Positions 47,841 to 61,599 of a stretch of DNA of 64,000 nucleotides are shown one piece after another; the first letter of the stretch is position 1, and every line of letters starts with the position of its first letter. Origin of the DNA: Octopus sinensis (Eukaryota); assembly GCF_006345805.1 (NCBI RefSeq), contig NC_043001.1:51832001-51896000 (forward strand), written 5' to 3'. The notes under the pieces are model-generated. The model did no database searches. It worked only from the letters and a program-made list of their open reading frames with translations, and was not told where the DNA came from. Made by a program: the position numbers and the translations under genes.

Positions 47841-50004
47841 GGGCGCTGATCAATTTGGATCAATCGAAAGCTTTCGATAGGGTGGACCATCGATATTTGG
47901 AGGCGGTCCTCAGAGCGGCTGGCTTCGGTCCCGTCTTCCGCGGCTGGGTAGCCGCTTTGTACAGAGGCATCCGTTCGGTAATTCGCGTGAATGGACATCT
48001 ATCGAGACCCTTCGACATCGCACGTTTGGTCCGTCAGGGATGCCCCCTCTCGTCGCTTCTATACGTATTGACTCTCGAGCCATTATTGCGGAAGCTGGCA
48101 ACTTTGACGGGCATCCCGCGAGAACTGGGATGCGAGACGAGCGTGTCTGCATACGCGGACGACGTCACCGTCATAGTGTCTAGCCACGAGCACATCGAGC
48201 AGGTCGGCGAGACACTGAAAAACTACGAAGCGGTGACAGGAGCGAAAATCAACCGGGAAAAGTCAGTGGGCTTGCGACTAGGCACCTGGAGAAGCAAGCC
48301 CATGCCGTCCACCAGCGCCTCCGTCGTGGGACGCAGGACCGACGGCCCGGTTGAGTTACTCGGGGTCTGGTTTGGTCCGGACCTCCAAGTGGAGAAGAAC
48401 TGGAACGAGATAACGAGTAGGGTGGTCACTCTCGCCCGGCAATGGGCCGAGAGGAAACTGTCCCTAAAAGGTCGGGCGGAGGTGGCGAACACTTACATCG
48501 CGTCCGTCATCTACTACCGCCTGACCGTCGTGCCTTGTCCCGACCCTACCATCACCAAACTACAACGCATTCTCTTTCGCTTCTTGTGGAAAGGAAGCGT
48601 CCCGATGGTCAGGCGATCCATTTGCTGTCAACACCCGTTAAAAGGAGGACTGGGCATGCCGTGGTTGATGATGCGCAGACGCGCGCTGAGACTGCGACAT
48701 CTCAGGCTCTTCGTAGACGACGGTGAACAGGTGTAGTCGCCGTTTGTGAGGCACGCTTTCCCGCAGCTCGTCTCCATGACCGAACTGCAGTCGTGGATCA
48801 AAAAGAGGCCGAGGAAGGGCGAATGGCACCGCGAGTGTCGCGTTGCTCTCAAGCAACTCTGCCGTCCTGGGTCGACCTTGAGTGACTTCATCACAACCCA
48901 GGCATTCTATAGGGGATTAGTGGAGGGGAGGTACGACGACGAGCTCGGGGCGAACCTGGACGTCGACGAGGAGTACCTGACCCGCCTATTCGGGACGACT
49001 TTCGGGCCAGGGCCCATGGACAACTTCCAGAGATCCCTGGCCTGGCAGTGCTACCGAGAAGCGCTACCCGTTCGGGATAAGCTCTACAGACACGGCTCGA
49101 GAAACACGGGGCCGACCTGCCCGAGATGCGGTCAGAGCGACGAAACCGTTTTGCACGCACTCGTGCAGTGTCCAACAATTTCCGACCTGTGGGCTTATGT
49201 CGAACAACTGCTGTCACGTGTGGGACGAGTCGGTTTATCAGCTGAGTTTATCGTCAATATTGTCACACCTCCTTCCTTCAAACGGGAAGGAGGAGCTATT
49301 TTCATCATCCTTGTAGCTATGGCGAAAGAATGTATCTGGTGGACGCGTCTGAAAGGATTGGAGACAAACACTTTCCTCTCTGGTCAATCTCTCATCAACT
49401 TCTTCAAGTACCACTTGAAAAGGAAAGTGAGAGTAGAGAGGCAAGTTTTGTCTAGCGAATGTTTTAAAAAAAGATGGGTGAATGTAGCAAGGCTGGCACG
49501 TATGAATGACGAAGCCACCTTGAGCATAATCCTATGAACCCAGAAATTGAAAACAGAGGGTTACCCACTTGCAAACAAATGTGGTAACATATAACATAAC
49601 AATATTGACCAAGGTTACTGTGGTCTTTTTCGTAGGCTTTTCTTCCCACAGATAAAACTTACTTGCTTTCCCCTTTACACTATATATCATAACACTGTGA
49701 TACACGATCCCTATTGATCGTTTTTTTTCCTCCTCCCCTTTTTTTCCCCTTTTTTCTTCTTTTTCATTTCTCTTTTCTTTTGTTCCTTTTCCTTTTCTTT
49801 TTTTTCTTTTTCTTTTTTTCTTTTTTCTTTTATTTATTTATTTATTTTTTGTTCTTTTCTTCCCTTTTACGATCCCTCTTGATCGAAAACCTACGCCACC
49901 CCCTTTTTTTCTTTTGTTTTTTGTTTTTTTCATCCCCCAAAAGAAAAGCTCTACCTTGTAACTTGTCCCATCTGTGTGCAGCCCTGTGTGGCCAATAAAG
50001 AAAC
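47841..50004 (+). mobile_element. 5'-truncated Tx1-clade (L1 superfamily) LINE
   Basis: One frame from 47843 to 49537 with a single TAG (48734-48736). Motifs LDQSKAFDRVDH, VRQGCPLS, YADD, GAKINREKS, LSLKGRA, GGLGMP and zf-RVT CPRCGQSDETVLHALVQC. T-rich 3' UTR, AATAAA at 49994-49999, (ATCT)n on both flanks. Confidence 0.9.
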
Positions 50005-50068
<64 letters not shown>

Positions 50069-50094
50069 ATATCTATCTATCTATCTATCTGTGT

Positions 50095-50335
50095 GTGTGT
50101 GTATGTGTGTGTGTGCGTATGTGTGTGTGTTTCTGTCAGTTTTTGACTCCCACCACTGCCTGGCATCCGATGTCAGTGTTCTCGCGTCCCGTAACTTAGC
50201 AGTTCGACAAAAGTGACTGATACAATACGTACTAGGCTTTACAAAAAAGCAATGGAGTCGATTCATTCACCTAAAAATTGTTCAAAGTTGTGCTCCATCA
50301 TGGCCGCAGTCTAATAACTGAAACAAGTAAGAGCT
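50095..50335 (+). mobile_element. SINE family A, 3' half
   Basis: Family A tail homology. Confidence 0.7.
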
Positions 50336-50359
50336 AAATAATAATATACATACATATAC

Positions 50360-50410
<51 letters not shown>

Positions 50411-50888
50411 TGTATGTATGCATGTATGTATGTTTGTGTGTGTGTCTTTCATTTGCAATAACTTTTAATAACTTTTTATTGCTACAGTTAGATCTCATAA
50501 TAACTATCTGCGTTAGTAGATAGTAGATAATTGCTAATATTATCATAGTGTCTAGTGCCAACAAATGTTTGCTATGTTGTCAAACTGGTTAATGTTACTC
50601 CAACTGGACTAATAATAATAATAATTACTGTCAGAAGCCAAACACAGGAGCTTTCTACTTTGTCGCACGACCCGTCAGAAATAGCAGGGTACCCTCCCTC
50701 ATATGACACTGTCCTTGAAATGAATACACTGTTTATTTAATATGGCCTCAACTTCATGGTTGCCTAGAAAATTACGTGATGCTCATCACTCCAATGTTTT
50801 TGATCACAGGTTTGCTCAGTCAGGGTTAACATGCGGCTAAAACGAACAACAATCGCCATAACAACTGTAACAAGGGTGCTACTTTACT

Positions 50889-51298
50889 AAGGTGGCGAGC
50901 TGGCAGAAACGTTAGCACGCCGGGCGAAATGCTTAGCGGTGTTTCGTTTGCCGCTACGTTCTGAGTTCAAATTCCGCCGAGGTCGACTTTGCCTTTCATC
51001 CTTTCGGGGTCGATTAAATAAGTACCACTCACGCACCTGAGTCGATGTAATCGACTTAATCCGTTTGTCTGTCCTTGTTCGTCCCCTCTGTGTTTAGCCA
51101 CTTGTGGGTAGTAAAGAATAGGTATTTCGTCTGCCTTTACGTTCGGAGTTCAAATTCCGCTGAGGTCGACTTTGCCTTTCATCCTTTCGGGGTCGATAAA
51201 TTAAGTACCAGTTACGCACTGGGGTCGACTTAATCCGTTTGTCTGTCCTTGTTTGTCCCCTCTACGTTTAGCCCCTTGTGGGCAATAAAGAAATAGGG
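50889..51298 (+). mobile_element. SINE family B, tandem dimer
   Basis: A full unit followed by a head-less unit joined at AAAGAATAGG|TATTTCG (about 51120). Confidence 0.85.
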
Positions 51299-51369
51299 GT
51301 ACTACTTTAGCATGCTGTCTATCACAGTACCCGTAGTCTACACTGTGAAATGACTTTGTCCGGCTTAAG

Positions 51370-51445
51370 ATTAGGGTTAGGGATTAGGTTTAAGGTTAGG
51401 GTTAAGGTTTAGGGTTTAGAGTTAGGGCTAGTGTTGGGGTTGGCA
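51370..51445 (+). repeat. Degenerate TTAGGG-like array
   Basis: About 10 imperfect TTAGGG/TTTAGGG units. Confidence 0.6.
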
Positions 51446-51889
51446 TTAGACTGCATGGTAATGTGTAAATGGCTGGGTAGACCGCACGTTAAAGCTGCAC
51501 CAGTAAAAGTTTCTCTGTAGTTATTTGGCCTGCTCAATATTGCAACTATATTTTTGTAGACAAGATATTGTTCAGTTGAAACAATGATAAGTTTTCATTT
51601 TTTTCCACATATTTTACTTCACAACTCGAGTTTTATGTGCACTTTTAGTATAATTTATATTCCATTGGTTTACTTCGGCAGAAGTATAATTTATCCTATT
51701 GTTTTACAATTGGTGAAGCGAACCTAGCAGAATTCTATATTTCATACATTTATATCAAGACATTGGTTAATTAAAACAATGATAACATTTCCTTTCCTCA
51801 TACTGTTTAACTTTGATTTTACTTGATTTCTAGCATAATGAATGTATTCAATTGGATATTTTTTGATGAAGGAGATCTACAATATATTT

Positions 51890-52300
51890 CCCGAATCCTC
51901 ATTGCGAACCATTTCAACAAATGATTAGTGGTCGAACAATTTGATACGCGAAAGGAAGTCTTTGTCATACAGGTCACACTTCAGGCTGTCCCAGTGCTGT
52001 TAGAATTGTAGCGATTGACTATAATGACTCGCACTGTGTCGACACCTTAGGGAGGATGGACTGTCTTGTCCGGTGTGCTGTTCATTTCTATCTCTTCAGT
52101 ATAGGGGTGTTCGATAGGATCCAAGCCTGGGCAGTATGTTGTGGCGTACAGGCTGTTTCCCATGAAGCGTGACCCCACACGCCACATCACAAATGGATCC
52201 CAAAGAACAGCACAGCCATTACGATTTGGCACCAGCGTTGTCGAACGAGTAGCCAGAAAGAAGTTGTAGACAACGTAGAATTGTATCAGGAGCTCCAGCT
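51890..52300 (-). pseudogene. Highly decayed RTE-like LINE 3' end
   Basis: Minus-strand fragments ASWETA and KCDLYDKDFLSRIKLFDH resemble the RTE C-terminal WE..A motif and terminal C2H2-like knuckle. Confidence 0.4.
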
Positions 52301-53362
52301 CCTGATTTTTGTTCAGAGTTTATTACCAAAGTCAATCCCATGGCTGGGTATGCCCGCAAGGCAACATTTTTTTGAAATCAGCATTTTCCTTCTCCTAGAT
52401 GGGTTACCCAACGAGGTTCCTAGATGGGTTACCCAACGAACTCCATCTACTCAACTGACTTGGTATTTAACCCATAGCTAGGACGCTAACGGGTACAACT
52501 ACACCGGGTCAGAATAGACCTGGCTACGAGATTGTTCCACTCTTCTCAAAACCCTAGAAGCCTTAGAACTAGGGCCTTACTACCGGATAAAATCATATCC
52601 AGTCTTCCCCAGCACAAAATATTCCACAATAAAGACTGGATGCTCAGGAAATAACATAAAAATAAAAACAAACAAAAAGACCAAAAATCCAAAACAAAGA
52701 CTGATTAAAATGTGTGCCGTAAAATACATATATAAAAAGAAACAAAATCAAACAAGACAAAGCAAAAACACCCCAAAAACCAAACAAAGAAATAACAACT
52801 ACACCTAACATCACCACCACTACCATCTAAAATTTTCAAACATTCTTCATCTCACCTTGTCTATGTTGATATAACCCACTGTCACAGGTGACTGATAGCC
52901 AACTAGCTACCTAAATGTTTTCCCAGTCCAATGTTTATTTATAGCTGTCTATGTACACTCGACGTTTTGTACCCAAGTAGTTCTTCAAGAGTTCTAAGGC
53001 ATTCTTTAGTAATAATATCAAAGAGATTCTCATCAATTTATGAAGTCTTTTTGACCAGACTGACAGCAAACAAGTGTGTGTCATCTAATTCCTTTTGAAG
53101 AGCATATGTTAACAGAAAGTTGTTTGTACGTGTGTCACGTAGACTAGGAGGTATAATGTATATGCGAACACACACACACACACACACACATGCATGCACA
53201 CTCATATGCGTATACAAATAGCACATAAAATTACATTACACACACACACACACAAACACACACTAATACACCGATGCATATACATATATGTATGTGATCA
53301 TATTTATATATGTGTGTATATATATATATTTATGTGCATATGTGTGTGTATATATGTATATA

Positions 53363-53426
<64 letters not shown>

Positions 53427-53838
53427 ATATATATATATGTTATAGATACACACATGCACACACATACATATATAATATATATGTAATAATGCATATACAT
53501 ATAGGTAGTATATATATATGCATCAATATACATGTCGTATGTATATGTATCTAAGTGTATATAATCTATCTATTTATGTGTGTGTGTATGTGTTGTATAC
53601 ATACATTTATATGCTTATAAATCTATGTACATATATAATACACACATACACACACACACACACGTGCATGCAAGTTTCTACTGATAGTTTGTGTACGTTT
53701 ATATATGGGCAGTATATAGAAATGCGCTTATGTGCCCTATAAGGAGTGTTATAACGGAAATGTGTTTTCACTTATTATTTTTTACAGTTAAGTGTTATTG
53801 GTATTTCATATTACCAAAGACACATAGAAACAAGGTTT

Positions 53839-53901
53839 TGGAATCTGATGATATGTCATGAAGCTAAACCCTTTATGGATGTGAAACCTAAGGTGATCCC
53901 A
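53839..53901 (+). ncRNA. Degenerate type I hammerhead motif
   Basis: TGGAAT/ATCCCA stem I (one mismatch). CTGATGA 53845-53851. Long imperfect stem II. GAAA 53883-53886. Stem III ACCTAAGGT. Position 17 is G, normally non-cleaving. Lies upstream of the same AT-rich tail as the 1084 motif. Confidence 0.55.
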
Positions 53902-53985
53902 TAAACCGGCCTTATCTAACTTTAACATATACTGCTCTATAACTTAGACCGTGCTTCTTTTTTTCCGGATTTAAGTTTACGGCCG

Positions 53986-54026
<41 letters not shown>

Positions 54027-54142
54027 TTATCTTATATTAAACTTTTTAATACTTTTTGATAGTTATATTTATATTTATACAAAAATATAAATAATAATAA
54101 TAATATTTAAAATAAATAATATATATATATATATATATATTA

Positions 54143-54520
54143 TCTCTATATAAACGGCAGTTTGTCTGTGCGTGTTTCTGTGTGTCTGTTTGCTTGTACC
54201 CTCACCCTGACCACGGCTTTCAACCGATTCTGATGAACTTGACAGACACATAGCCCAATGTCATAATTCAAACTAACTCAGCGAAAATTTTGAAAAGTTC
54301 CCCCAGTTCTGAAAAAAATCGATAAATTCGACATGGGGTCGAGAATCAGAAACACAAACCGCAAACTGTCTAGGGGACGCAACTCCACCTTTTTTTACTC
54401 TCAAAAAAGATTTACCATCATTTTTTTCCATTTTTTTGCTATTTTTTGGCTATAACTCTATAAAAATGCTTTATAGTTATTTCCCTTACAAACCTGAGCA
54501 ACGCCGGGCGATACTGCTAG
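54143..54520 (+). mobile_element. Non-autonomous Helitron
   Basis: A(54142)^TC...CTAG^T(54521) with subterminal CCTGAGCAACGCCGGG hairpin. Inserted in the internal (TA)n of the AT-rich hammerhead repeat (about 53760-54690). Confidence 0.85.
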
Positions 54521-54724
54521 TATATATATAAAAATTTATAAGTATAAATTAATAATTTAAATAATTTATATTTTGAATTTTATTTTTTATATATTTTGTA
54601 TATTATATTATTTAATATTTTTCTATGTTTTGGTTTATGTTTTTGACTGTTTGATTTGCCTAATGGTGATTTTATCTCTAATTTAATATATAAATATATA
54701 TATATATACATATATCGACCGTAA

Positions 54725-54790
<66 letters not shown>

Positions 54791-55008
54791 CATACATACA
54801 TACAGACAGACATACATACACACACACACATACGTGGTTTGACCAATAAGTATCCGGACTGTTGCCATAGTAACGAAGGTAAAGCACGCAGAGTGAAGTC
54901 ACTTGGCACAGATATATATATACATATATATACATATATATATATACATATACATACATATATATATACATATATATACATACATACACACACACACATA
55001 TATATGAA

Positions 55009-55803
55009 TAACTTATAACTTAGAATAACTTAGAAAGGTTTTAACCAGTATAGGCCCGGGCCATGTCTAACTTAATAGCACCACCTGGCGAAGTCTTTCA
55101 TTTCAGAATTTGAGTACCAAGGCCCATTCGAGAAGACAGTTATTGTTTGCGGAGATATATCCGGGTGTGGGTGGTTTGTCCGGGACTGCTTGGAGGAATT
55201 TGTCCAAAGACTTCTTGAATTTTGCGTGGTCAGTTTCTGTTTTGACGTGTCCTGGTGTAATGTTGAAGAGAGCGGGGCCAATTGAGGTGAAATAATTGTG
55301 CCGTATTGTTGTTATGAGATGCGATTTAGATTTTTGTTGTGAACGGATGGCACGGGGTCCAAGTCTTGGGTGTAGTTTCAAGGTGATGCCAACATCATTT
55401 GGACAGTGCTGATGGAATATTTTCCACATCATACAAATAATGTAGCGTTCACGGCGCCGTTGGAGTGAATAGAGTTTCAGCTTTTCTAGTCGACCCCAGT
55501 AGTCGAGGTCTGACATGCCATCTATCTTTTTCGTGATTGACCTTTAGGGGGCTTCAATTCTTATAATGTTTTGTTTCGTGTAGGGAGACCACAGTGGACA
55601 GCAGTATTCAAGGTGGGGTCGGGCAAAAGTGGAGAAGAGAAGGGTAATGGTGTGGGAATCTCTCGACTGGAAGGTTCTGAGAATCCAGGAACACATTCTG
55701 CGGGCCATGTCAACTTTGCTGCTTATATGTGTAGCCCAGCTATACTGTTGTCCACAGTTACTCCCAGTCTCTGATGTTGTTAGATGCCATGAGAATTTCA
55801 CCA
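55009..55803 (-). mobile_element. 5'-truncated 3' fragment of the same CR1/L2-group LINE family
   Basis: High similarity to 46720-47426, including LKLYSLQRRRERY, PDKPPTPGY and the (TTCTAAGTTA)x2 tail. Retains the RPHLEYCCPLWSP segment deleted in the long copy. Confidence 0.9.
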
Positions 55804-55834
55804 TGCATATATACACACATATATGTACTATATA

Positions 55835-55924
<90 letters not shown>

Positions 55925-55964
55925 GTGTGTGTGTGTGTGTGTGTGTGTATAAATGCATATATTC

Positions 55965-56340
55965 GTACAGGACAGGACGTCACAAAATATAAACAACATG
56001 AAATACGAAGACAAACTTGGGTATGCGAACAACGAGAGAAACAAATGGAAAGCAAGGCAAGTAACATAAAAAAATACCCTTCATCAGTTGTCGGCAGTCC
56101 ATCTACTCCTCGTTTCGAGCAATTAACGACAATATGAGGCTTCGAAAGGCAGTTGCTCCCGCGAACCAAAATAAAATTTAGGATTTGCGGAGGGTCAAAG
56201 CTGGTAACAAAAACAGGACAGTGGAGACATACATCAAACCGAGCGAAAACAAACATGGAGGGCCGTTAGGCCAGACGATGTAAGGTAGCGAACGCTGGAG
56301 GAATATTGTCTTTGACAAGAGAAAAGATAGAAGAGGAGAC
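55965..56340 (-). mobile_element. Penelope-like terminal repeat, third copy
   Basis: Reverse-complement homology to 33600-33950. Confidence 0.7.
56075..56140 (-). ncRNA. Non-circularly permuted hammerhead candidate, diverged copy
   Basis: The minus strand reads GCCTCA-TA-TTGTCG ttaat TGCTC-GAAA-CGAGG agtagatggactgc CGACAA-CTGATGA-A-GGGTA. Confidence 0.6.
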
Positions 56341-56367
56341 AGATATTGGAAAAGACATAACTATATC

Positions 56368-57066
56368 ATGATTCACGCCGGTTATCAAAAAGCCGACATC
56401 ACGTCTACTGCTCACTACTCTGTGAACACTATAAAGGCTGTAAGATGCGACATCAACAGCTGCAACGGAAACTACGAAGCCTTGACCAGGAGGAATGGAC
56501 ACAACAGGCTTTCTGACTGTGTATGCACTCCAGAATTCATCCCCTTATCTTTGAAAAGGGCTTTAGGTGCAATTCAAACGGATATGTGAATCTGTTGGAG
56601 ACTGTGGGGAAACACTGGCTTTAGAAGATTGCTGCTGGAAGGCCATATGTGTGGTATTAGGATTTGGCTCCTTGCCGTACCTCCAGAAAGAGTCAGAAGT
56701 GACTGTCGGAAAATTTATACTATTATTCAGCAATCCCAATGTCAGGCCTCTTAATTCCCCTAATTGTCATCCCAAGTATTACTAGGTGCGGTTGAAAAAG
56801 ATATCAACCGCTCAGCCTGCTGCAACACCAAGGCCGAGCTGGTGACTAAGACCAAGGAGGTGTTCGAAGATCTTCTCAGGAATACAGTGATGAAAGTATC
56901 CACCAAATTCCAGAGCTGTATTGAGGGCGTGGTGGAAACTGAAGGCGACTACTTCCAGCCGTAAAGTTGAAAATTTGTGATTTTAAAATACTTGTATTTT
57001 TTGATGAGATATTCTGCTTTCTTTTCTTTTTATGCAAACTGTCAAATTCATTCCGAACACGCTGTA
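56368..57066 (+). pseudogene. Internally deleted Tc1/mariner transposase (maT/DD37D-like) with 3' TIR
   Basis: Fragments MIHAGYQKADI...RLSDCVCTPEF, AAGRPYVWY*DLAPCRTSRKSQK*LSEN, PNVRPLNSPN, GAVEKDINR...FQSCIEGVVETEGDYF. End ...TTCATTCCGAACACGCTG|TA. The subfamily is inferred from recalled similarity. Confidence 0.7.
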
Positions 57067-57118
57067 TCGGAGTATACTATTTGCACACATACATACACAT
57101 ATTTAATTTTGTGTGTAT

Positions 57119-57335
57119 ACATAGGGATGCTGAAAAGTTCCTGGCTTTAAGAGTATCGCGAAAGGACTGCTTGGAGGCTCAACCTTCGAGTTCTTCTACA
57201 GGGCTTAGAAAAACTGAAGGACCGCTGCAATAAATGTGTGAATCTGGGAAGGAAGTATGCTGAATAAAATCATAATTAACCGACGCTCCTGTGTTTTCTT
57301 TTACCTAAAGTTTGGAACCGTTCAGCACCCCCTCA
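57119..57335 (+). mobile_element. Mariner-derived MITE, second copy
   Basis: Homologous to 30089-30320. The interior encodes QGLEKLKDRCNKCVNL. Confidence 0.75.
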
Positions 57336-57780
57336 TATATTCACAAATATCGATAGACTCCCGTTAGAAGAAAAACTTACAGGACCACAATTTAAAGCAA
57401 CGTACTCAATAACACGTGGCAGAATGGAAATATAAGTTTATTCGGATGATGGCACTTACAATATTTAATTGTGTTTCTTTGGAGTTTCGCTTTCTTTTTC
57501 TATTTTTATCTAAAGGTCACCTACTGTTGCACCATCTTCAATACCTACGCATTTGGTCTCCTTTACCTACTGCTTTCACGCATCTGAGCATTCCAAAGTA
57601 CAGTGACCCGTATTGAAGAGTCAAAAATCTATTCACCTCTAAACCTACCTATGTCCATCATATATATATATATATATAGACTCTGAATTCAATGATTTTT
57701 TCTGCACTCTGGTGTTTTCGAAATACGAAGAAAACACAACGAGTTTTATAAGAGCCATCATTCGAATAAACAGATTATCG

Positions 57781-57870
<90 letters not shown>

Positions 57871-58484
57871 CAAACACACACACACACACACCACACTCAA
57901 ACACACACACACACACTCACTCACACACACACGCACACACACATACTCACACTCACTCACACAAACACACATTCATATGCTAATATATACGCCCTATAAT
58001 AAGTTTTATGGTGATGAAATGTTGACCATACAATGAAAAGTTCTGTATTTATTACAGACTTCTATTATGCTCTTTATACATGGCCTATAACTCTGCCTAA
58101 CTATGCATGAGCGATAATAAGTTCCACCCAAATTTAACAGATGACTGATAACTAACAAGAGGGGCATCAATGTGTAAAATAGCTTCAAATATATTAGTTT
58201 GCATAAACCATCCCACCTAGGCTATCACAGGAAAATAAATTCAAGTTAATAATAAACTAAAGACTGTTTCGTTTCCAGATAGAGTTTGAACCATGCACTC
58301 AGCAGCGATGAGATTTAACCACTTAAAGAATCTAAAGCTTAAGGGTTACCTCGGACAGAACACACACTAGCTATGACACTGCTGCCAGCCCTTCAAATAA
58401 CATGCAAATTCCCAACTACATCTAAATTCTCGAGGTTTCTGCGCCTGCACAGATGTCATGGGTCTTAATATATTTACATAGATG

Positions 58485-59195
58485 AAGGCGACGAGCTGGC
58501 AGAATCGTTACCGCCCCAGAAAAAAATGCTTAGTGTCATTTCTTCTGACTTTACGTTCTGAGTTCAAATGCCACCGGGGTCGACTTTGCCTTTCATCCCT
58601 TTCGAGGTGGACAAAACGAGTACCAGTTAATCACAGGAGTCGATGTAATCGACTTACAGCCTACCCCGAACTTAACACTGGGGTCGATGTAATCGACTTA
58701 CTCGCTACACCGAACTTAGCACAATGCAAAAATTTGAAATCAATATATTCACATAAATGAAGGCAGCGAGCTGGCAGAATTGTTATCGCGCCGGGCCAAA
58801 TGCTTAGCGATATTTCGTCTACCGCTACGTTCTGAGATCAAATTCTGCCGAAGTCGACTTTGCCTTTCATCCATTCGGGGTCGATTAAATAAGTACTAGT
58901 TATGCACTGGGGTCGATATAATCGACTTAATCCCTGTGTCTATCCTTCTTTGTCCCCTCTGTGTTTAGCCCCTTGTGGATAGTAAAGAAATAAGAATTGT
59001 TATCGCGCTGGAAAAAAATGCTTAGCGGTGTTTCTCTGTCAATACTCTCTGAGTTCAAATGCTACAGGGGTCGCCTTTGTATTTCATTATTTTGGGGTCG
59101 ATAAGATATATACCAGTCGAGTACTGGAGTCGATGTAACCGACTTAACTCTCCCTACCGCATAATTGCTGGCCATGTGCCAAAATTTGAAATCAG
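58485..59195 (+). mobile_element. Cluster of three SINE family B units
   Basis: Heads at about 58485 and 58758, and a head-truncated unit from about 58995. Confidence 0.8.
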
Positions 59196-59642
59196 TATAT
59201 TTGTTTAGACGGGTAAGTTGTTTCAAAGCATTCCGGCTACAGTTCAATAACGCAGGGACCAAAGAAATTGTAAGAAATTGTCTTTGTTAGGGGACCCAAT
59301 ACATATAATCAGGTTTAGTGTCAGTCGTATCTTTTATTCAAGAGAAACCATAAAAACGAACGAACAAAGGATAAGGCAGTAAAAAATTATGATAGCAGTC
59401 ATAAAAATAATTAGTATGATCGAACTGGAAAGGCTGGGTACTATAATTAGATTGTGAATTAAGAACAAAATATAATGAAAACGGGAGAGTAGTTTGAAAA
59501 AACAGAACGTTATGTCGGTGACGAAAAGATCGTGAGTGGGTAGAAAGGAAACAATGTCAATATTTTGATTTCTATAAGATTTTCATACACACAAGCCAAC
59601 GCACATGCAAACACCCCCACACATATACACACACACAGGTCT

Positions 59643-59702
<60 letters not shown>

Positions 59703-60188
59703 GTGTATATATATAATGGACTCTCCCTTCGAAAACGACGTATGAGCGTTTAGCTTTTGACGAGCGATTCTCCACAAATGATTTGCTTGTAATGATCAAA
59801 TATATGTGCCATACATTAGCTCACTCTCTCCATTAAATCGACGATGTCTGAACAGGCACACGGTGTGCCACGCGCCAGGTGTCGAAGTGATCACAGAGCA
59901 ACGTGAAATGAAGTGTTTTCCTCAAGGACACAACGCACCACTCGGTCTGGGAATTGAAACCAAGACCACACGATCATTAAGAGCAACTCCCTAACCACTA
60001 AGCCATACATACACACACACACGCACACACACATAGATACATACGACGGGCTTCTTGCAGTTTCCGCCTACCAAATCCACTCACAAGACTTTCGTCAGCC
60101 CGAGGCTATAGTAGAAAACACCCAATATGTCACGCAAGGGAACCCGGCAACTAGTTACCATACAGCCACATAAATATATATAAATACA

Positions 60189-60239
<51 letters not shown>

Positions 60240-60270
60240 CAAGTGTGTGTGTTTGTATAATGTATGCAAG

Positions 60271-60358
<88 letters not shown>

Positions 60359-60581
60359 CGTGTACATGTATTTATGGATGTATATATTTATAAATATATG
60401 ATTGTATATATCTGACATATTTTTCTATTATAAGAATCCGTACCACTAACAGCCAGCCTGTTCACACAAAACAAATACACTCACAAAAGTATACGAAGAA
60501 TACAAAAAAGGACGTGTGTAACCTATATATGTCGGTGTTACTGTGAAATACGTATTCAGTAGTAAGCAGAAATAATTATGG

Positions 60582-60612
<31 letters not shown>

Positions 60613-60967
60613 TGTATGTATGTATGTTTGTATGTATGTATGTATGTGTTTGTGTATGTGCGTGCATGTGCGTGCGTGTATGCGAGCGCGCGCGAGTACG
60701 TGTCTCAGTGAATGAATGTCAGTGACTCGAAATGTGAGTGTATGTATATGTACTTACACACATACACACACACATACAGAGACACTGAGATGTATCAATC
60801 TATCCACCTATCTATGCACACACACACTCACCGCCACCCCGCACATATATACAGGAAGTTGGTGCATAAAGTGCTGTCACAGCCTCTATGTACCAGTTTG
60901 GAATCAATAGTCGCAAAAGAACAGCGACAGTGTAACGATTGTCACGGACAGCTGAAAAGAACTCAAT

Positions 60968-61360
60968 ATTTATTTCTTTATTGCTCACAAGGGGCTAAAC
61001 ATAGAGGGGACAAACAAAGGGATTCAGTTGATTACATCGACCCCAGTGCTTAACTGGTACTTATTTTATCGACCCTGAAAGGATGAAAGGTAAAGTCGAC
61101 CACGGCGAAATTTGAACTCAGAACGTAACAACAGACGAAATACCTGTTTCTTTACTACCCACAAGAGCTTAAACACAGAGAGGACAAACAAGGACAGACA
61201 AACGGATTAAGTCGATTATATCGATCCCAGTGCGTAACTGGTACTTATTTAATCGACCCCGAAAGGATGATAGGCAAAGTCGACCACGGCGGAATTTGAA
61301 CTCAGAACGTAGCGGCAGGCGAAATACCTCTAAGCATTTCACCTGCCGTGCTAACGAAGA
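60968..61360 (-). mobile_element. SINE family B, tandem dimer
   Basis: Minus-strand junction AAAGAAACAGG|TATTTCGTCTG at about 61143. Confidence 0.85.
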
Positions 61361-61599
61361 GCTCAATATTGCCATGGGTAAAGAGAAACGTTAGCTGGAG
61401 CTGAAAAAGAATTACCGCAAGCCACTAAAAAGAGAACAGTAGGAGGGAAACCCGGACTGAAATACACCCACAGCGTAAGTTCTTTCGGTGGTCTTCGTGG
61501 GCGAACGATATGTATCACAGTTCAGAAAAATAAAATCACTCGAATGTTACGGGTATTCAGCATAAAAATACACCATCCAGTGAAAGATAGATATCAGTT

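Noticed and set aside
51370-51445. Interstitial telomere or chromosome-fusion scar
   Set aside because: The array is short, degenerate and single-orientation. It is more simply a low-complexity part of a repeat.
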